Assembly: GCA_045652745.1 (NCBI GenBank) | Contig: JAZRUW010000003.1 | Location: 10,032-74,031, forward strand | Origin: Clostridia bacterium | Lineage (GTDB): Bacteria; Bacillota; Clostridia; UBA1381; UMGS1253 | Reading direction: 5' to 3' | Length of the DNA stretch: 64,000 nucleotides | Shown here: positions 10,817-21,530 of the stretch, in pieces | How the letters are laid out: the number at the start of each line of letters is the position of its first letter | How positions within the stretch are numbered: the first letter of the stretch is position 1 | The notes under the pieces: generated by a model | Databases searched by the model: none | What the model was told of the DNA's origin: nothing | The model's input: only the letters and a program-made list of their open reading frames with translations | Program-made: the position numbers and the translations under genes

Positions 10817-12779
10817 CTAAATTCACCTTTAATTTAATCTCTAAGATTTTATCACGCAGATATGCCGCACGTTCAAAATCCAGATTCTTAACCGCTAAAT
10901 TCATTTCTTCCGTCAATTCAAAAATCTGCTCTTTTGCCCTTGAAATATCCGTTTCTACTTCAGCATCATCGGCCTTATAGACTTTTGTCGCCTCAATAAC
11001 TTCGCGGATGGATTTAATAATTGTTTTCGGCACAATCCCATGCGCCTCGTTATACACTTGTTGCAGAGCACGGCGACGGTTCGTTTCATTAATGGCACGT
11101 TGCATAGATTCCGTAATGTTCTCCGCATACATAATAACTTGACCCTGAGCATTTCTGGCCGCGCGTCCTATCGTTTGTATGAGCGAAGTTTCATTACGCA
11201 AAAATCCTTCCTTGTCCGCGTCCAATATAGCTACAAGCGACACTTCCGGCAAGTCCAGGCCCTCACGAAGCAGGTTGATCCCAACTAGCACATCATACAC
11301 ACCGCTACGCAAATCGTTAATAATTTTCATTCTGTCAATCGTATGGACATCCGAATGCATATACGTAACTTTGATGCCAAGCTCTTCCATGTACGCCGTT
11401 AAGTCCTCCGCCATGCGTTTCGTCATCGTTGTTACTAATACACGTTCAGAACGTTCTGCGCGTTTGTTGACTTCACCAATTAAATCTTCAATCTGTGTTT
11501 TGACCGGACGGACAAAAATCTCCGGATCCAACAAACCGGTCGGACGTATAACCTGTTCTACAATTTGGGCAGAATGGTTTTGTTCGTAAATTGCCGGCGT
11601 AGCCGACACAAATACCACCTGATGAATATGCTCTTCAAATTCCTCGAAATTGAGTGGTCTGTTGTCATACGCAGACGGCAAGCGAAAACCATAGTCAACC
11701 AGGGATTGTTTTCGTGAGCGGTCGCCGGCATACATCGCACGCACCTGTGGTATTGTTACATGCGACTCGTCAACAATCAGCAAAAAATCTTCCGGAAAAT
11801 AATCCATAAGTGTAAACGGTGCGGAGCCGGCAGTTCTGCCACTGATATGTCTGGAATAGTTTTCTATGCCGGAACAAAACCCGACCTCGCGCATCATTTC
11901 AATATCATACTTGGTGCGTTGCGCAATTCTCTGCGCTTCAACCAATTTGTTCTGACTTTCAAAATAAGCAACACGTTCTTCAAGTTCAGCCTCAATCGCC
12001 TCAATCGCCTGTTCCATCTTCTCTTTCGTCGTTACATAGTGAGAAGCCGGAAAAATTACACAGTGTTCACGCAAGCCGACAATTTCACCGGTCAAAGCGT
12101 TGATTTCGGATATGCGGTCAATTGTATCTCCGAAGAATTCTACGCGAATTGCATTTTCGCCTTGATCCGATGGAAAAATCTCCACAGTATCGCCACGGAC
12201 ACGGAATTTACTTCTCGAAAAATCAATGTCATTTCTTTCATACTGAATTTCAATTAATCGGTGCATAACCTCATCCGGACTCTTATCCATGCCCACACGA
12301 AGCGAAAGCACTAAAGTATTATAGTCAATCGGGTCACCGAGACCGTATATGCACGATACGCTCGCCACAATAATGACATCCTTGCGCTCAAACAAGGCCG
12401 CCGTCGCACTGTGGCGGAGTTTGTCTATCTCATCATTTACAGATGAATCCTTTTCGATATACGTATCTGTATTCGGAATATACGCTTCCGGCTGATAATA
12501 ATCGTAATAACTAACAAAATACTCCACCGCACTATTCGGAAAAAAGGCTTTAAATTCACTGCAAAGCTGCGCCGCAAGCGTTTTATTGTGCGCCAAAACA
12601 AGCGTAGGTTTGTTGACCTGCGCTATGACATTCGCCATCGTAAACGTTTTACCTGAGCCTGTTACACCCAAAAGCGTTTGCCCCTGATATCCGCTTAGAA
12701 TACCTTCGGATAGTTGCGCAATCGCTTTCGGCTGATCGCCCGTCGGCGCATATTCAGATACAATCTGAAACTGATTCAT
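10809..12779 (-). CDS. uvrB: Excinuclease ABC subunit B
   Basis: [30 protein letters not shown] and QTIGRAAR motifs plus C-terminal UVR domain. Start placed at ATG 12779 by RBS spacing (the ORF extends to 12791). Overlaps uvrA by 8 nt. Confidence 0.97.
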   Translation of the reverse strand: MNQFQIVSEYAPTGDQPKAIAQLSEGILSGYQGQTLLGVTGSGKTFTMANVIAQVNKPTLVLAHNKTLAAQLCSEFKAFFPNSAVEYFVSYYDYYQPEAYIPNTDTYIEKDSSVNDEIDKLRHSATAALFERKDVIIVASVSCIYGLGDPIDYNTLVLSLRVGMDKSPDEVMHRLIEIQYERNDIDFSRSKFRVRGDTVEIFPSDQGENAIRVEFFGDTIDRISEINALTGEIVGLREHCVIFPASHYVTTKEKMEQAIEAIEAELEERVAYFESQNKLVEAQRIAQRTKYDIEMMREVGFCSGIENYSRHISGRTAGSAPFTLMDYFPEDFLLIVDESHVTIPQVRAMYAGDRSRKQSLVDYGFRLPSAYDNRPLNFEEFEEHIHQVVFVSATPAIYEQNHSAQIVEQVIRPTGLLDPEIFVRPVKTQIEDLIGEVNKRAERSERVLVTTMTKRMAEDLTAYMEELGIKVTYMHSDVHTIDRMKIINDLRSGVYDVLVGINLLREGLDLPEVSLVAILDADKEGFLRNETSLIQTIGRAARNAQGQVIMYAENITESMQRAINETNRRRALQQVYNEAHGIVPKTIIKSIREVIEATKVYKADDAEVETDISRAKEQIFELTEEMNLAVKNLDFERAAYLRDKILEIKLKVNLDG

Positions 12780-12898
12780 ACCCTTCTCCATATACGTATA
12801 AATTCATAAAATTACTCTAGCCGTTCATAATAGTATAACACACTTTGCACCAAATTAGCAAGCAAATTCATCTGAGATTCACAAAAAGTACACAAATA

Positions 12899-12924
12899 AA
12901 AATTGTGCCCTAAGGCACAATTTT
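12899..12924 (-). terminator. Intrinsic terminator downstream of prsA
   Basis: AAAATTGTGCC-CTAA-GGCACAATTTT with a T-run on the minus strand. Confidence 0.7.
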
Positions 12925-12935
12925 AAATTTAAAAA

Positions 12936-13973
12936 TTACGATTTAATTTTATCCAAAACTTTTGTGTTCTTCTCTACCTTTGCCTCTGCAACCCATTGAT
13001 CCTTCACCATTGCATTAAAACGCTCGTAAGCAACTTCAGCTTTGAGCTGGTCTTTCACGTCTTCATATGCATCAAAGGTCTCCTGCGACGGCAATCTCTT
13101 GATAATATGATAACCGTACTCCGTTTCCACAAGACCGCTCACTTCGCCGACTTCCAATGCATATGCACCGTCATCAAATGCCTGAACAAACTGGCGGTCA
13201 TTATGCGTAAAGCTGTAGCCGTCATAAGATACTTCACCGTCTTCCGAGTATTCTCTCATCAGTTTCTCGAAATCTTCACCGGCATTAACACGGTCCAAAA
13301 GCTTCTGTGCTTCTGCTTTCGCTTCATCCTTTGTCCTTTCGATACCTTTTGTAGGATCACTGAACAGCACAAGAATATGCTTTGCAAAAATGGAATTTGC
13401 ATAAAATTCATTCTTCAGATTCTCGTACTGAGCCTGCAATTCCTCTTCGGAAACATTGTTGAGGGCTTCATCTTCCATTACATACTTTTGCTGCAACTTG
13501 GATGCAACCATAATCTTTTTGAGCAAACCTTTAACAGAGTCTTTTGTTACCTGACACTTAGAAAGCTGTTTGTTAAACGCTTCTGCGCCGCCGTACTGTT
13601 CAACCAGTGCATTGTAGTTGCCATCCACGTAGGAAAGCTCCTCTGCAGTTAAACTAACCCCTTCCGCTTCGGCTTTTTGCGCCTGCACCCAAATCAATAC
13701 GATTTCATCAATCGTTTTGTCCTTAGCTACATCAATCGCTTTGCGGTTGTCAATTTCCTCGGTCTTCCACTTTTCTGCATCTGCCGCATCAAAACCGATG
13801 GCATTTGCAATTTCACCTTTAAAAGACTCGAGCATGAAATTAAACTCGCCGCCGGTTACAGTTTCACCGTTAATGGTCAATACCTCACTCACATCAACAA
13901 CTTCACAGCCGGAAAAAGTACCAACTAAAAACAGCAAAGAAAGAATTACACTTAAAATTGCGCTCTTTTTCAT
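12936..13973 (-). CDS. prsA: PrsA-like parvulin peptidyl-prolyl isomerase lipoprotein
   Basis: Lipobox FSGC; AKHILV, YSED, F...F..GA and ETEYGYHII parvulin motifs; follows mfd as is usual in Clostridia. Confidence 0.85.
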   Translation of the reverse strand: MKKSAILSVILSLLFLVGTFSGCEVVDVSEVLTINGETVTGGEFNFMLESFKGEIANAIGFDAADAEKWKTEEIDNRKAIDVAKDKTIDEIVLIWVQAQKAEAEGVSLTAEELSYVDGNYNALVEQYGGAEAFNKQLSKCQVTKDSVKGLLKKIMVASKLQQKYVMEDEALNNVSEEELQAQYENLKNEFYANSIFAKHILVLFSDPTKGIERTKDEAKAEAQKLLDRVNAGEDFEKLMREYSEDGEVSYDGYSFTHNDRQFVQAFDDGAYALEVGEVSGLVETEYGYHIIKRLPSQETFDAYEDVKDQLKAEVAYERFNAMVKDQWVAEAKVEKNTKVLDKIKS

Positions 13974-14029
13974 ATTTATCTTCCCTTCCTATGCAACTTA
14001 TAATGACTTGTGTATATTATAACAGCAAA

Positions 14030-17000
14030 TTACACTGACTGCAATTCTTTCATGCGTTGTAATATAAACTTAATATTCTGCATTTTTTCGTCCGAGGATA
14101 GTTTTTTTGTTTTATACAGCAGATAAGGACGTTCACCCGCCGAGAACAGCATTTCACCGTTATATTCACCGGCGACAGTCAAAATCACTTTCATATCCGC
14201 GTTTGCGGCATCAAAGCGAAGAAAAACGCCATCGGATTTCTCTGTAATTTCTGTTATTTTTAAATCTTTTGCATACGCTTTAATCAGCGCAACATCCAAG
14301 ACACCGAGCACCGGTTTCGGCATATCGCCGAAACGGTCTTCGAGTTCTTCCTCCACCGCGTATCTGTCCTGTAAATCCGTTATTGCCGCAATACGCTTAT
14401 ACATATCAATGCGGATCTCCTGGCTATGGATATAGTTTTCCGGAATATGCGCGCTGACATGAAAATCAATGGACGTTTCAAAGTTTACTTCCGGTGCTTT
14501 ACCACTCAGTTCGTCCACACTTTCTTTGAGCAACTTGCAATACATATCGTAGCCGACAGCATCCATATGTCCGTGTTGCTGTTCCCCAAGCAAATTGCCC
14601 GCACCGCGGATTTCCAAGTCGCGCATTGCGATTTTAAAGCCGGAGCCAAACTCCGTAAACTCACGGATGGCACTTAGTCGCTTTAATGCAACCTCACTCA
14701 TGACATAGCTTTTGCTGTAAGTCAAATAAGCATAAGCCAAACGGTTGGAGCGGCCTACGCGACCACGCAGCTGATAGAGCTGCGCAAGACCCATTTTGTC
14801 CGCGTTTTCAATGATAATTGTATTTACATTGGATATGTCCAGACCGGTTTCAATAATCGTCGTACATACCAATACATTTGTTTCTCCCTCCATAAAATCG
14901 TACATGACACGCTCAAGGGCTTCCTCGCCCATTTTTCCGTGTCCGATACCGATTTTAGCTTCGGGAATCAAGTTTTGAATTTGACTTGCCTTGGTATGGA
15001 TACCGTTTACGCGGTTAAACAAATAGTACACCTGACCGCCGCGCGCAAGTTCCTTTTTTATCGCATCAGCAATCACCCGTTCATCATGCTCCATTACATA
15101 AGTCTGCACCGGATAACGGTTTTGCGGCGGTTGAGTAATTACGCTCATATCACGAATGTTAACCATTGCCATATGAAGCGTTCGCGGAATCGGCGTTGCA
15201 GTCAAAGTCAAAACATCCACATTCTTGCGAATTTCTTTCAGCTTCTCTTTGTGCGCAACACCAAAACGTTGCTCTTCATCAATGATAAGCAGTCCCAAAT
15301 CACGAAATTCCAAGTCTTTTTGCAATATACGGTGTGTACCGATAATGACATCTATTTCACCCGTCTTTAATTTTTCAATAATTTTCTTTTGCTCGGCAGG
15401 TGTTCTGAATCTTGAAAGCATTTCTACTTTTATCGGATATGCCTGCATACGCTGCATAAACGTATTGTAATGCTGCATTGCAAGAATGGTCGTTGGCACT
15501 AAATACGCCACCTGTTTGGAATCCATAACCGCTTTGAACGCGGCGCGAATGGCAACCTCTGTTTTTCCGTAGCCGACATCGCCGCAAAGCAAACGGTCCA
15601 TCGGCCGTTCTGCTTCCATATCCTTTTTAACTTCTTCTATGCTGCGCAATTGGTCCGGCGTTTCCGTATAACCAAATCCATCCTCAAATTCACGTTGCCA
15701 TAGTGTATCCGGCGCAAATGCATGCCCTTTCAGGCGCGAACGCTCACCGTAAAGTTGTATTAAGTACTGCGCAAGCTCCGACGTGGAAGCTTTTACGCGC
15801 GCTTTCGTCTTACCCCAATCTGTGCCGCCGAGTTTATTTACTTTAACATGCTTATCGGTGCCGCCGATATATTTAAACAACATATCCAGTTGCTCAACAG
15901 GCACATATAAATTATCCGTTCCCTGATAGGATACTTTCAAATAATCCTTAACAACGCCCTCAACCGTCAGTTTTACAATACCTTCGTATTTGCCGATACC
16001 GTGCGCCTGATGCACAACATAGTCGCCCGGCTGAATATCTGCAAACGAACGGATTCTGTTTGCACCGTCCGGTACAGAAGAACGTTTACTTCTTCTTTTT
16101 TCTTCATAAAATACCTCTCGGTCGCTGATGAGCACAAATCCTATATCCGAATACAAAAATCCGCTGGACAAGCTGCCTGTACTAACCGACAAAACGCCTT
16201 CGTGAAACGTTTCAGGTGTCTTAATATATACACATTCTATATTTTCATTATTCAGTTCCGTAGAAAAGCTTTCCGCGCGCGAAGATGCCCCTGCCAACAA
16301 CAGCACTGTCGCACCGTCGCGATGGTATTCCGCCAAATCTTCTTTTAAAAAGTCCATCTTACCGTGAAAGCTGTTCATCGAACGCGACAACAAGTTATAG
16401 GAAGCCGTCGGTCGAAAATCAGCCGCAGATGACTGAATCGAGGAAAGTGTAAGCACTTGTTTTTCAAGGAGCCGCTTAACTACTGTTTTATATTCCGCCC
16501 ACAAACCTTTGGTTTTCGGCAAGATTAATCCGCGTTCCATCAACTCGCTGAGCACTTCCGACATCTCAATCTCTGCCGATTTCGCATTTTGCGATACCAT
16601 TTTCGGTTCATCCACAAAAACATACGCATCATCAAAATAATCAACTAAGGTTGAAATTTCGGGATAAATCTTATGAATATATCTGTCCGATGATGCAAAG
16701 TAATACTTTTCAGAAAAGTTTTCTATATCTGCGCGCAATCTGTTGCACACATCTTCATTTTCTTTTTTCTCATAACGTTTGAGTTCTTTTTTTAACGCGC
16801 AAATAATGCCGTCCAACTGCTCTTGGTCGTAAATAGTTTCTCTACAGATGATCACTTCGGCATGTTCAATTTTCTCAATCGAAACTTGCGTAGAAACATC
16901 AAAAAAGCGAATAGAATCGACTTCATCATCGAAAAATTCAATGCGTAACGGTGCATCATAATTCGGCGTAAACACATCTAAAATCCCGCCGCGAAGCGAA

Positions 17001-17524
17001 AATTGACCAATGCCTTCTACCGTGTCACATCTTTCATACCCCATGGTTATCAATTTTACAGACAATAATTCCAAATCATATACAGCGCCAAGTTCAAAGT
17101 CAAGTACATTTGAAAAAAACACCTTCGGTGGTACTGTATACTGTAAAAGCGCTTCAATGCTTGTAACAACAATTGTGTCCTCGCGTTTCAAAATTTCATA
17201 TAAAGCCAACAGGCGTGAAAATACCGTTTCACGACTTACGCTGTCCACCTCATGGTATATATAATCTTTGCGCACAAAAAGCTGTACGCGCATGCCCGAA
17301 AAAAATTTTAAATCCTCATAAAACTTTTTAGATTCATAATCAGAATTTAAAACTACCAGTGCTTTTTTTAGCTTTTCGTGCATAAAACTCGCTAAAAAGT
17401 GTGCCTTTTGCGCCGTGTTGGAGCAAAGCACGTTCACCGGAGATACACCTTGCTTAACCGTATTCATTATTTGATTATACACTGCGCTCTCGCGCAACAA
17501 ATTTAAAATATGCACTTTGCTCAC
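14030..17524 (-). CDS. mfd: Transcription-repair coupling factor
   Basis: UvrB-homology module, CarD-like RID (PGDYVVHQAHGIG), GDVGYGKT, DEEQRFG, QLRGRVGR and TRG motif. True start may be GTG at 17515. Confidence 0.97.
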   Translation of the reverse strand: MSKVHILNLLRESAVYNQIMNTVKQGVSPVNVLCSNTAQKAHFLASFMHEKLKKALVVLNSDYESKKFYEDLKFFSGMRVQLFVRKDYIYHEVDSVSRETVFSRLLALYEILKREDTIVVTSIEALLQYTVPPKVFFSNVLDFELGAVYDLELLSVKLITMGYERCDTVEGIGQFSLRGGILDVFTPNYDAPLRIEFFDDEVDSIRFFDVSTQVSIEKIEHAEVIICRETIYDQEQLDGIICALKKELKRYEKKENEDVCNRLRADIENFSEKYYFASSDRYIHKIYPEISTLVDYFDDAYVFVDEPKMVSQNAKSAEIEMSEVLSELMERGLILPKTKGLWAEYKTVVKRLLEKQVLTLSSIQSSAADFRPTASYNLLSRSMNSFHGKMDFLKEDLAEYHRDGATVLLLAGASSRAESFSTELNNENIECVYIKTPETFHEGVLSVSTGSLSSGFLYSDIGFVLISDREVFYEEKRRSKRSSVPDGANRIRSFADIQPGDYVVHQAHGIGKYEGIVKLTVEGVVKDYLKVSYQGTDNLYVPVEQLDMLFKYIGGTDKHVKVNKLGGTDWGKTKARVKASTSELAQYLIQLYGERSRLKGHAFAPDTLWQREFEDGFGYTETPDQLRSIEEVKKDMEAERPMDRLLCGDVGYGKTEVAIRAAFKAVMDSKQVAYLVPTTILAMQHYNTFMQRMQAYPIKVEMLSRFRTPAEQKKIIEKLKTGEIDVIIGTHRILQKDLEFRDLGLLIIDEEQRFGVAHKEKLKEIRKNVDVLTLTATPIPRTLHMAMVNIRDMSVITQPPQNRYPVQTYVMEHDERVIADAIKKELARGGQVYYLFNRVNGIHTKASQIQNLIPEAKIGIGHGKMGEEALERVMYDFMEGETNVLVCTTIIETGLDISNVNTIIIENADKMGLAQLYQLRGRVGRSNRLAYAYLTYSKSYVMSEVALKRLSAIREFTEFGSGFKIAMRDLEIRGAGNLLGEQQHGHMDAVGYDMYCKLLKESVDELSGKAPEVNFETSIDFHVSAHIPENYIHSQEIRIDMYKRIAAITDLQDRYAVEEELEDRFGDMPKPVLGVLDVALIKAYAKDLKITEITEKSDGVFLRFDAANADMKVILTVAGEYNGEMLFSAGERPYLLYKTKKLSSDEKMQNIKFILQRMKELQSV

Positions 17525-17538
17525 CTCCGTCGAACAGC

Positions 17539-18114
17539 TTATAATTTAACCGTTACATTATACTTTCCTGCTGCTGCATCTGCGCCTTCTCGAATAATGC
17601 AACTTAAGATATCCGGTACTTTCTCAATAATTTTTTCTAAAATTGAAATTTCTTCTTTAGAAAATCTCCCCAGCACATGGCCTACGAGATTTTCACCTTC
17701 CCCGGGCGGCATACCGATGCCGATACGAATACGCGAAAAATTATCACTTGTCAACTGATATATGATGGATTTCATACCATTATGCCCACCGTCCGAACCT
17801 TTTTTGCGGATACGCACCGAGCCGGGTGCAAGTGCTTTATCATCATAAATCACTATAATATTTTCGGGCGGAATTTTATAAAACGACGCAATTTCACGAA
17901 TGCTTTCGCCACTCAGATTCATAAAAGTCTGCGGTTTTGCAAGCAAGACTTTTTCCCCAGCAATGCTACACTCACCCAAAAGCGCTTTGTGTTTAATTTT
18001 GTTAATTTTTGTATGATAGAAATCGGCCAAATAATCCAGCGTTTCAAATCCGATATTATGGCGTGTCATTCTATATTTATCACCTGGGTTACCCAGACCG
18101 GCAACTAAATACAT
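17539..18114 (-). CDS. pth: Peptidyl-tRNA hydrolase
   Basis: GLGNPG, TRHNIGF, KPQTFMNLSG and GGHNG motifs; ATG at 18114 after AGGAGGAG. Confidence 0.96.
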   Translation of the reverse strand: MYLVAGLGNPGDKYRMTRHNIGFETLDYLADFYHTKINKIKHKALLGECSIAGEKVLLAKPQTFMNLSGESIREIASFYKIPPENIIVIYDDKALAPGSVRIRKKGSDGGHNGMKSIIYQLTSDNFSRIRIGIGMPPGEGENLVGHVLGRFSKEEISILEKIIEKVPDILSCIIREGADAAAGKYNVTVKL

Positions 18115-18135
18115 ATCGCTCCTCCTTTTTACAAC

Positions 18136-18168
18136 AAAAAGGTCAGGCAATAACTACCTAACCTTTTT
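18136..18168 (-). terminator. Terminator-like hairpin between prs and pth
   Basis: Minus strand reads AAAAAGGTTAGGTAG-TTA-TTGCCTGACCTTTTT; the G-U pairs work only on this strand. Confidence 0.6.
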
Positions 18169-18187
18169 AAATATGTACTCAAATCAA

Positions 18188-19144
18188 TTAGTCAAACAGC
18201 GGACTTACGGAAACATCCTGATAAATTCTGCTGATAGCTTCAGCAAATACAGGAGCAACAGAAGCAAACTTAATCTTATCAATCTTCTTTTCTTCCGGCA
18301 TTTGAATGGTGTCAAGAACAAGGAGTTCCTTAATCGGCGAATCGGCAATACGCTCCATTGCCGGACCCGAAAGCACGCCGTGCGTACAGCATGCATAGAT
18401 TTCTTTTGCACCAAAATTCATTAATGCTTTTGCACCATTCACAATCGTACCGGCAGTGTCAATCATATCATCAACGAGGATGACTGTCTTACCCTTAATA
18501 TCACCGATGATATTCATAACTTCAGAAACATTCGCCTTCGGTCTTCTCTTATCAATAATCGCAAGCGGGCAATCCAATCTGTTCGCAAAATTTCTCGCAC
18601 GTGTAACGCTGCCGAGGTCCGGAGAAACAACAACCAAATCTTCAGAGTTCATGCCAAATCTGTCAATGTAGACCGGAGCCAAAATCGGCACACCGAGAAG
18701 ATGGTCTACAGGGATGTTGAAAAAGCCCTGAATTTGCGCAGCATGCAAGTCCATTGTAAGCACTCTGTCTGCACCTGCCGTAGTGATTAAATCAGCAACA
18801 AGTTTAGCTGAAATCGGATCTCTTGCTTTCGCTTTTCTATCCTGTCTTGCATAGCCCATATACGGCAGAACAGCTGTAATGCGACCCGCGGATGCACGCT
18901 TCAGTGCATCAATCATAATCAAAAGTTCCATCAAATGATCATTTACCGGGTCATTGGTGGACTGTACAACAAATACATCTGAACCGCGAACGGTCTCGTT
19001 CAAGGTTACAGAAATCTCACCGTCGCTAAATTTTGTTACTTTGGAATCGCCCACCGGCACCCCGAGAATGTCTGCGATTTTCGCCGTCAACTCCGGGTTG
19101 GAGTTTGCAGAAAAAATCTTAATGTTCTTACCATGCGCAATCAT
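18188..19144 (-). CDS. prs: Ribose-phosphate pyrophosphokinase
   Basis: [24 protein letters not shown] and [10 protein letters not shown] motifs. Confidence 0.97.
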   Translation of the reverse strand: MIAHGKNIKIFSANSNPELTAKIADILGVPVGDSKVTKFSDGEISVTLNETVRGSDVFVVQSTNDPVNDHLMELLIMIDALKRASAGRITAVLPYMGYARQDRKAKARDPISAKLVADLITTAGADRVLTMDLHAAQIQGFFNIPVDHLLGVPILAPVYIDRFGMNSEDLVVVSPDLGSVTRARNFANRLDCPLAIIDKRRPKANVSEVMNIIGDIKGKTVILVDDMIDTAGTIVNGAKALMNFGAKEIYACCTHGVLSGPAMERIADSPIKELLVLDTIQMPEEKKIDKIKFASVAPVFAEAISRIYQDVSVSPLFD

Positions 19145-19147
19145 TTG

Positions 19148-20521
19148 TTACTTGCTCCTCCTGTCTTTCCAATTCGTTTTGTTTACCTGTCGAGCACGTG
19201 CGATTGCAAGTGTTTTTTCAGGTACATCCTCTGTAATTGTTGAACCCGCAGCAATGTACGCCCCTTCCTGTACGGTTACAGGAGAAACGAGGTTCGTGTT
19301 ACAGCCGATAAAAGCGTCGTCATTAATGACCGTACGATACTTTTTCTTGCCGTCATAATTGACAGTTACACATCCGCAGCCGAAATTCACGCGTTTGCCG
19401 ACATCAGAATCACCGACGTAAGTGAGATGCGAGATTTTCGTACCGTCATCAATCGTCGCATTTTTGATTTCGACAAAATCACCGATTTTGACATTTTGTC
19501 CCACCTTACTGTTCGGACGAAGGTAGGCAAATGGACCAACATGCGTGCCACTATCTATATAACTATCCACAATTACCGAGTTTAATATATCAACGCCGTC
19601 ACAAATGATCGAATTTGTAATCATCGAATTTGCACCAACGCAGACATGCTTGCCGATTTTGGTATTGCCTTTCAAATGGCAGTTCGGATAAATCACAGTG
19701 TCCGTGCCAATTTCAACATCCGGCTCAATATAGGTAGCCTCCGGCGCCAAAATCGTCACGCCGTTTAACATGTGCTCAAAATTAATTCTCCAGCGCATAA
19801 TCGCTTCAACTTCAAAAAGTTGAATTCGATCGTTGACGCCAAGTACAGAATTAGAATCTTCTGTATCAAACGCGCCGACTTTACGTCCGGATTTAATTAA
19901 CACATCCAACGTATGAATTAAATTATTTGTATCTTCACCGTTACACAGCGCATCCATATGGGAAAGCGCATATACCAGATCAGCTGCATTGAAAATATAC
20001 ATCGAAGAATTCACTTCACCGATTTCCAGTTCATATGCATCTGCATTTTTTTGCTCCACTATGCCGACAACATCGCCCGCATTATTACGGATAATTCTGC
20101 CATAACCATCCGGATTATCCACAACCGCTGTAATTATTGTAGCTGCATTTTCTAAATCTTTATGAAACTCAATTGCTTCTGCTAACGTATCCGCTTCAAT
20201 CAACGGCGCATCTGCCGGTAAAACAAGACAAATACCGTCAAAATTTTCAATATGCTTCAAGGCATGGCGGACCGCATCCGCCGTTCCGACCGGATTCGTT
20301 TGTGTTTCAAACAACACACGATCACTGAAATGTGCACGAACCTCTTCTTCGCCATAACCTACAATCATAACATTCGTCTTGCTGCCCGCACCGCAAGCAG
20401 CATCAAGGACATATTCGGCCATACATTTTCCGCATACAGGAATCATCGCTGTCGGATGCACAGATTTCATTTCTTTGCTTTCTTTTGCCGTAAGAATTAC
20501 GCTCATAATCTTTTCTGACAA
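19148..20521 (-). CDS. glmU: GlmU-family protein: intact acetyltransferase (left-handed beta-helix) domain, degenerate uridylyltransferase signature
   Basis: Position upstream of prs; GPFAYLRP, GDFVEIK, SHLTYVGD and NYDG motifs. Start is TTG at 20521 after AAGGAGG. The N-terminal LAAGxGTRM...PK signature reads LTAKESKEM...PT. Confidence 0.88.
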   Translation of the reverse strand: MSEKIMSVILTAKESKEMKSVHPTAMIPVCGKCMAEYVLDAACGAGSKTNVMIVGYGEEEVRAHFSDRVLFETQTNPVGTADAVRHALKHIENFDGICLVLPADAPLIEADTLAEAIEFHKDLENAATIITAVVDNPDGYGRIIRNNAGDVVGIVEQKNADAYELEIGEVNSSMYIFNAADLVYALSHMDALCNGEDTNNLIHTLDVLIKSGRKVGAFDTEDSNSVLGVNDRIQLFEVEAIMRWRINFEHMLNGVTILAPEATYIEPDVEIGTDTVIYPNCHLKGNTKIGKHVCVGANSMITNSIICDGVDILNSVIVDSYIDSGTHVGPFAYLRPNSKVGQNVKIGDFVEIKNATIDDGTKISHLTYVGDSDVGKRVNFGCGCVTVNYDGKKKYRTVINDDAFIGCNTNLVSPVTVQEGAYIAAGSTITEDVPEKTLAIARARQVNKTNWKDRRSK

Positions 20522-20585
20522 GTTCGCCGCCTCCTTATGTCTTATGTCTGTTCCTATTCTCTCATATTTTTTACTGTTTTTCAAG

Positions 20586-21530
20586 TCATATTTTCAATGT
20601 TTCCAAATTTATTTTTGAAAAAAATTTATTTGTTGCATTAATATCAAATAAAATCTGCTTTTGAAGTTCCTCTGCATCATTAAATGCAATTTCCTCGCGC
20701 AAACAAGCAAAAAACATAATTTTAAGATTTTGATTATATAAATCACCGTTAAAACCTATCAAGTGCGATTCAACGCTTCGCTTATCAAGCCCGAAAGTCG
20801 GCCTTGTACCAATATTGGTTACAGCTGGATAAAGCGCGTTTCCCACCCTAACAATCGTAGCATATACACCGTTTTTCGGCAATAGCAAGTTATTTGAAAT
20901 TTCCAAATTGGCTGTAGGAAAACCAAGTCCTCGTCCAACGCCACGGTCTTTTTTGACTTCGCCGCTCAGGATATATTCACGTCCGAGCAAACTGTTTACA
21001 CGCTGAATATCACCTTCTTCAAGGTATTGACGAATACGTGTAGAACTAATCACACCTTGCGCGTCACAAACCGCAGGTACTACAACCACCTCGATATTAT
21101 ACCGCGCACAAATCTCTTTTAACAACACACTGTCCCCTGCCGCGTTTTTACCGAAGCGATAATTAAACCCGACAACTACTGTTTGCACATTAAATTTTTT
21201 CTTTAAATATCGGACAAACTCTTCCGGAGACATTTGCATAAAATCTTTCGAAAAAACTTCGTAATAGACATAATTTACGCCGATGCTTTCAAGAATATGT
21301 TCTCTTTCCTTCGAAGAATACACATCCGCTTTTGCGCTTTCACAAAGCATATGCGCCGGCCTGGTTTCAAACATATATATACCCATGGGTAATTTTTGTT
21401 CGCGCGCACACAGAAGCGCTGTCTCCATCAGCTTTTTATGCCCGAGATGCACTGTATCAAAGCAACCGAGTGCCAATACACATGGCGTCTTATCTTGATA
21501 TTTTGTTTTGTAAACAAGCATATCATTCAC
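20586..21530 (-). CDS. ribF: Bifunctional riboflavin kinase / FAD synthetase
   Basis: GCFDTVHLGH, ISSTRIR, GFPTAN and NIGTRPTF motifs. Confidence 0.95.
   Translation of the reverse strand: MNDMLVYKTKYQDKTPCVLALGCFDTVHLGHKKLMETALLCAREQKLPMGIYMFETRPAHMLCESAKADVYSSKEREHILESIGVNYVYYEVFSKDFMQMSPEEFVRYLKKKFNVQTVVVGFNYRFGKNAAGDSVLLKEICARYNIEVVVVPAVCDAQGVISSTRIRQYLEEGDIQRVNSLLGREYILSGEVKKDRGVGRGLGFPTANLEISNNLLLPKNGVYATIVRVGNALYPAVTNIGTRPTFGLDKRSVESHLIGFNGDLYNQNLKIMFFACLREEIAFNDAEELQKQILFDINATNKFFSKINLETLKI

Noticed and set aside
12792-12890. LexA (Cheo) box upstream of uvrB
   Set aside because: Only a GTTC half-site is present; there is no GAAC-N4-GTTC.
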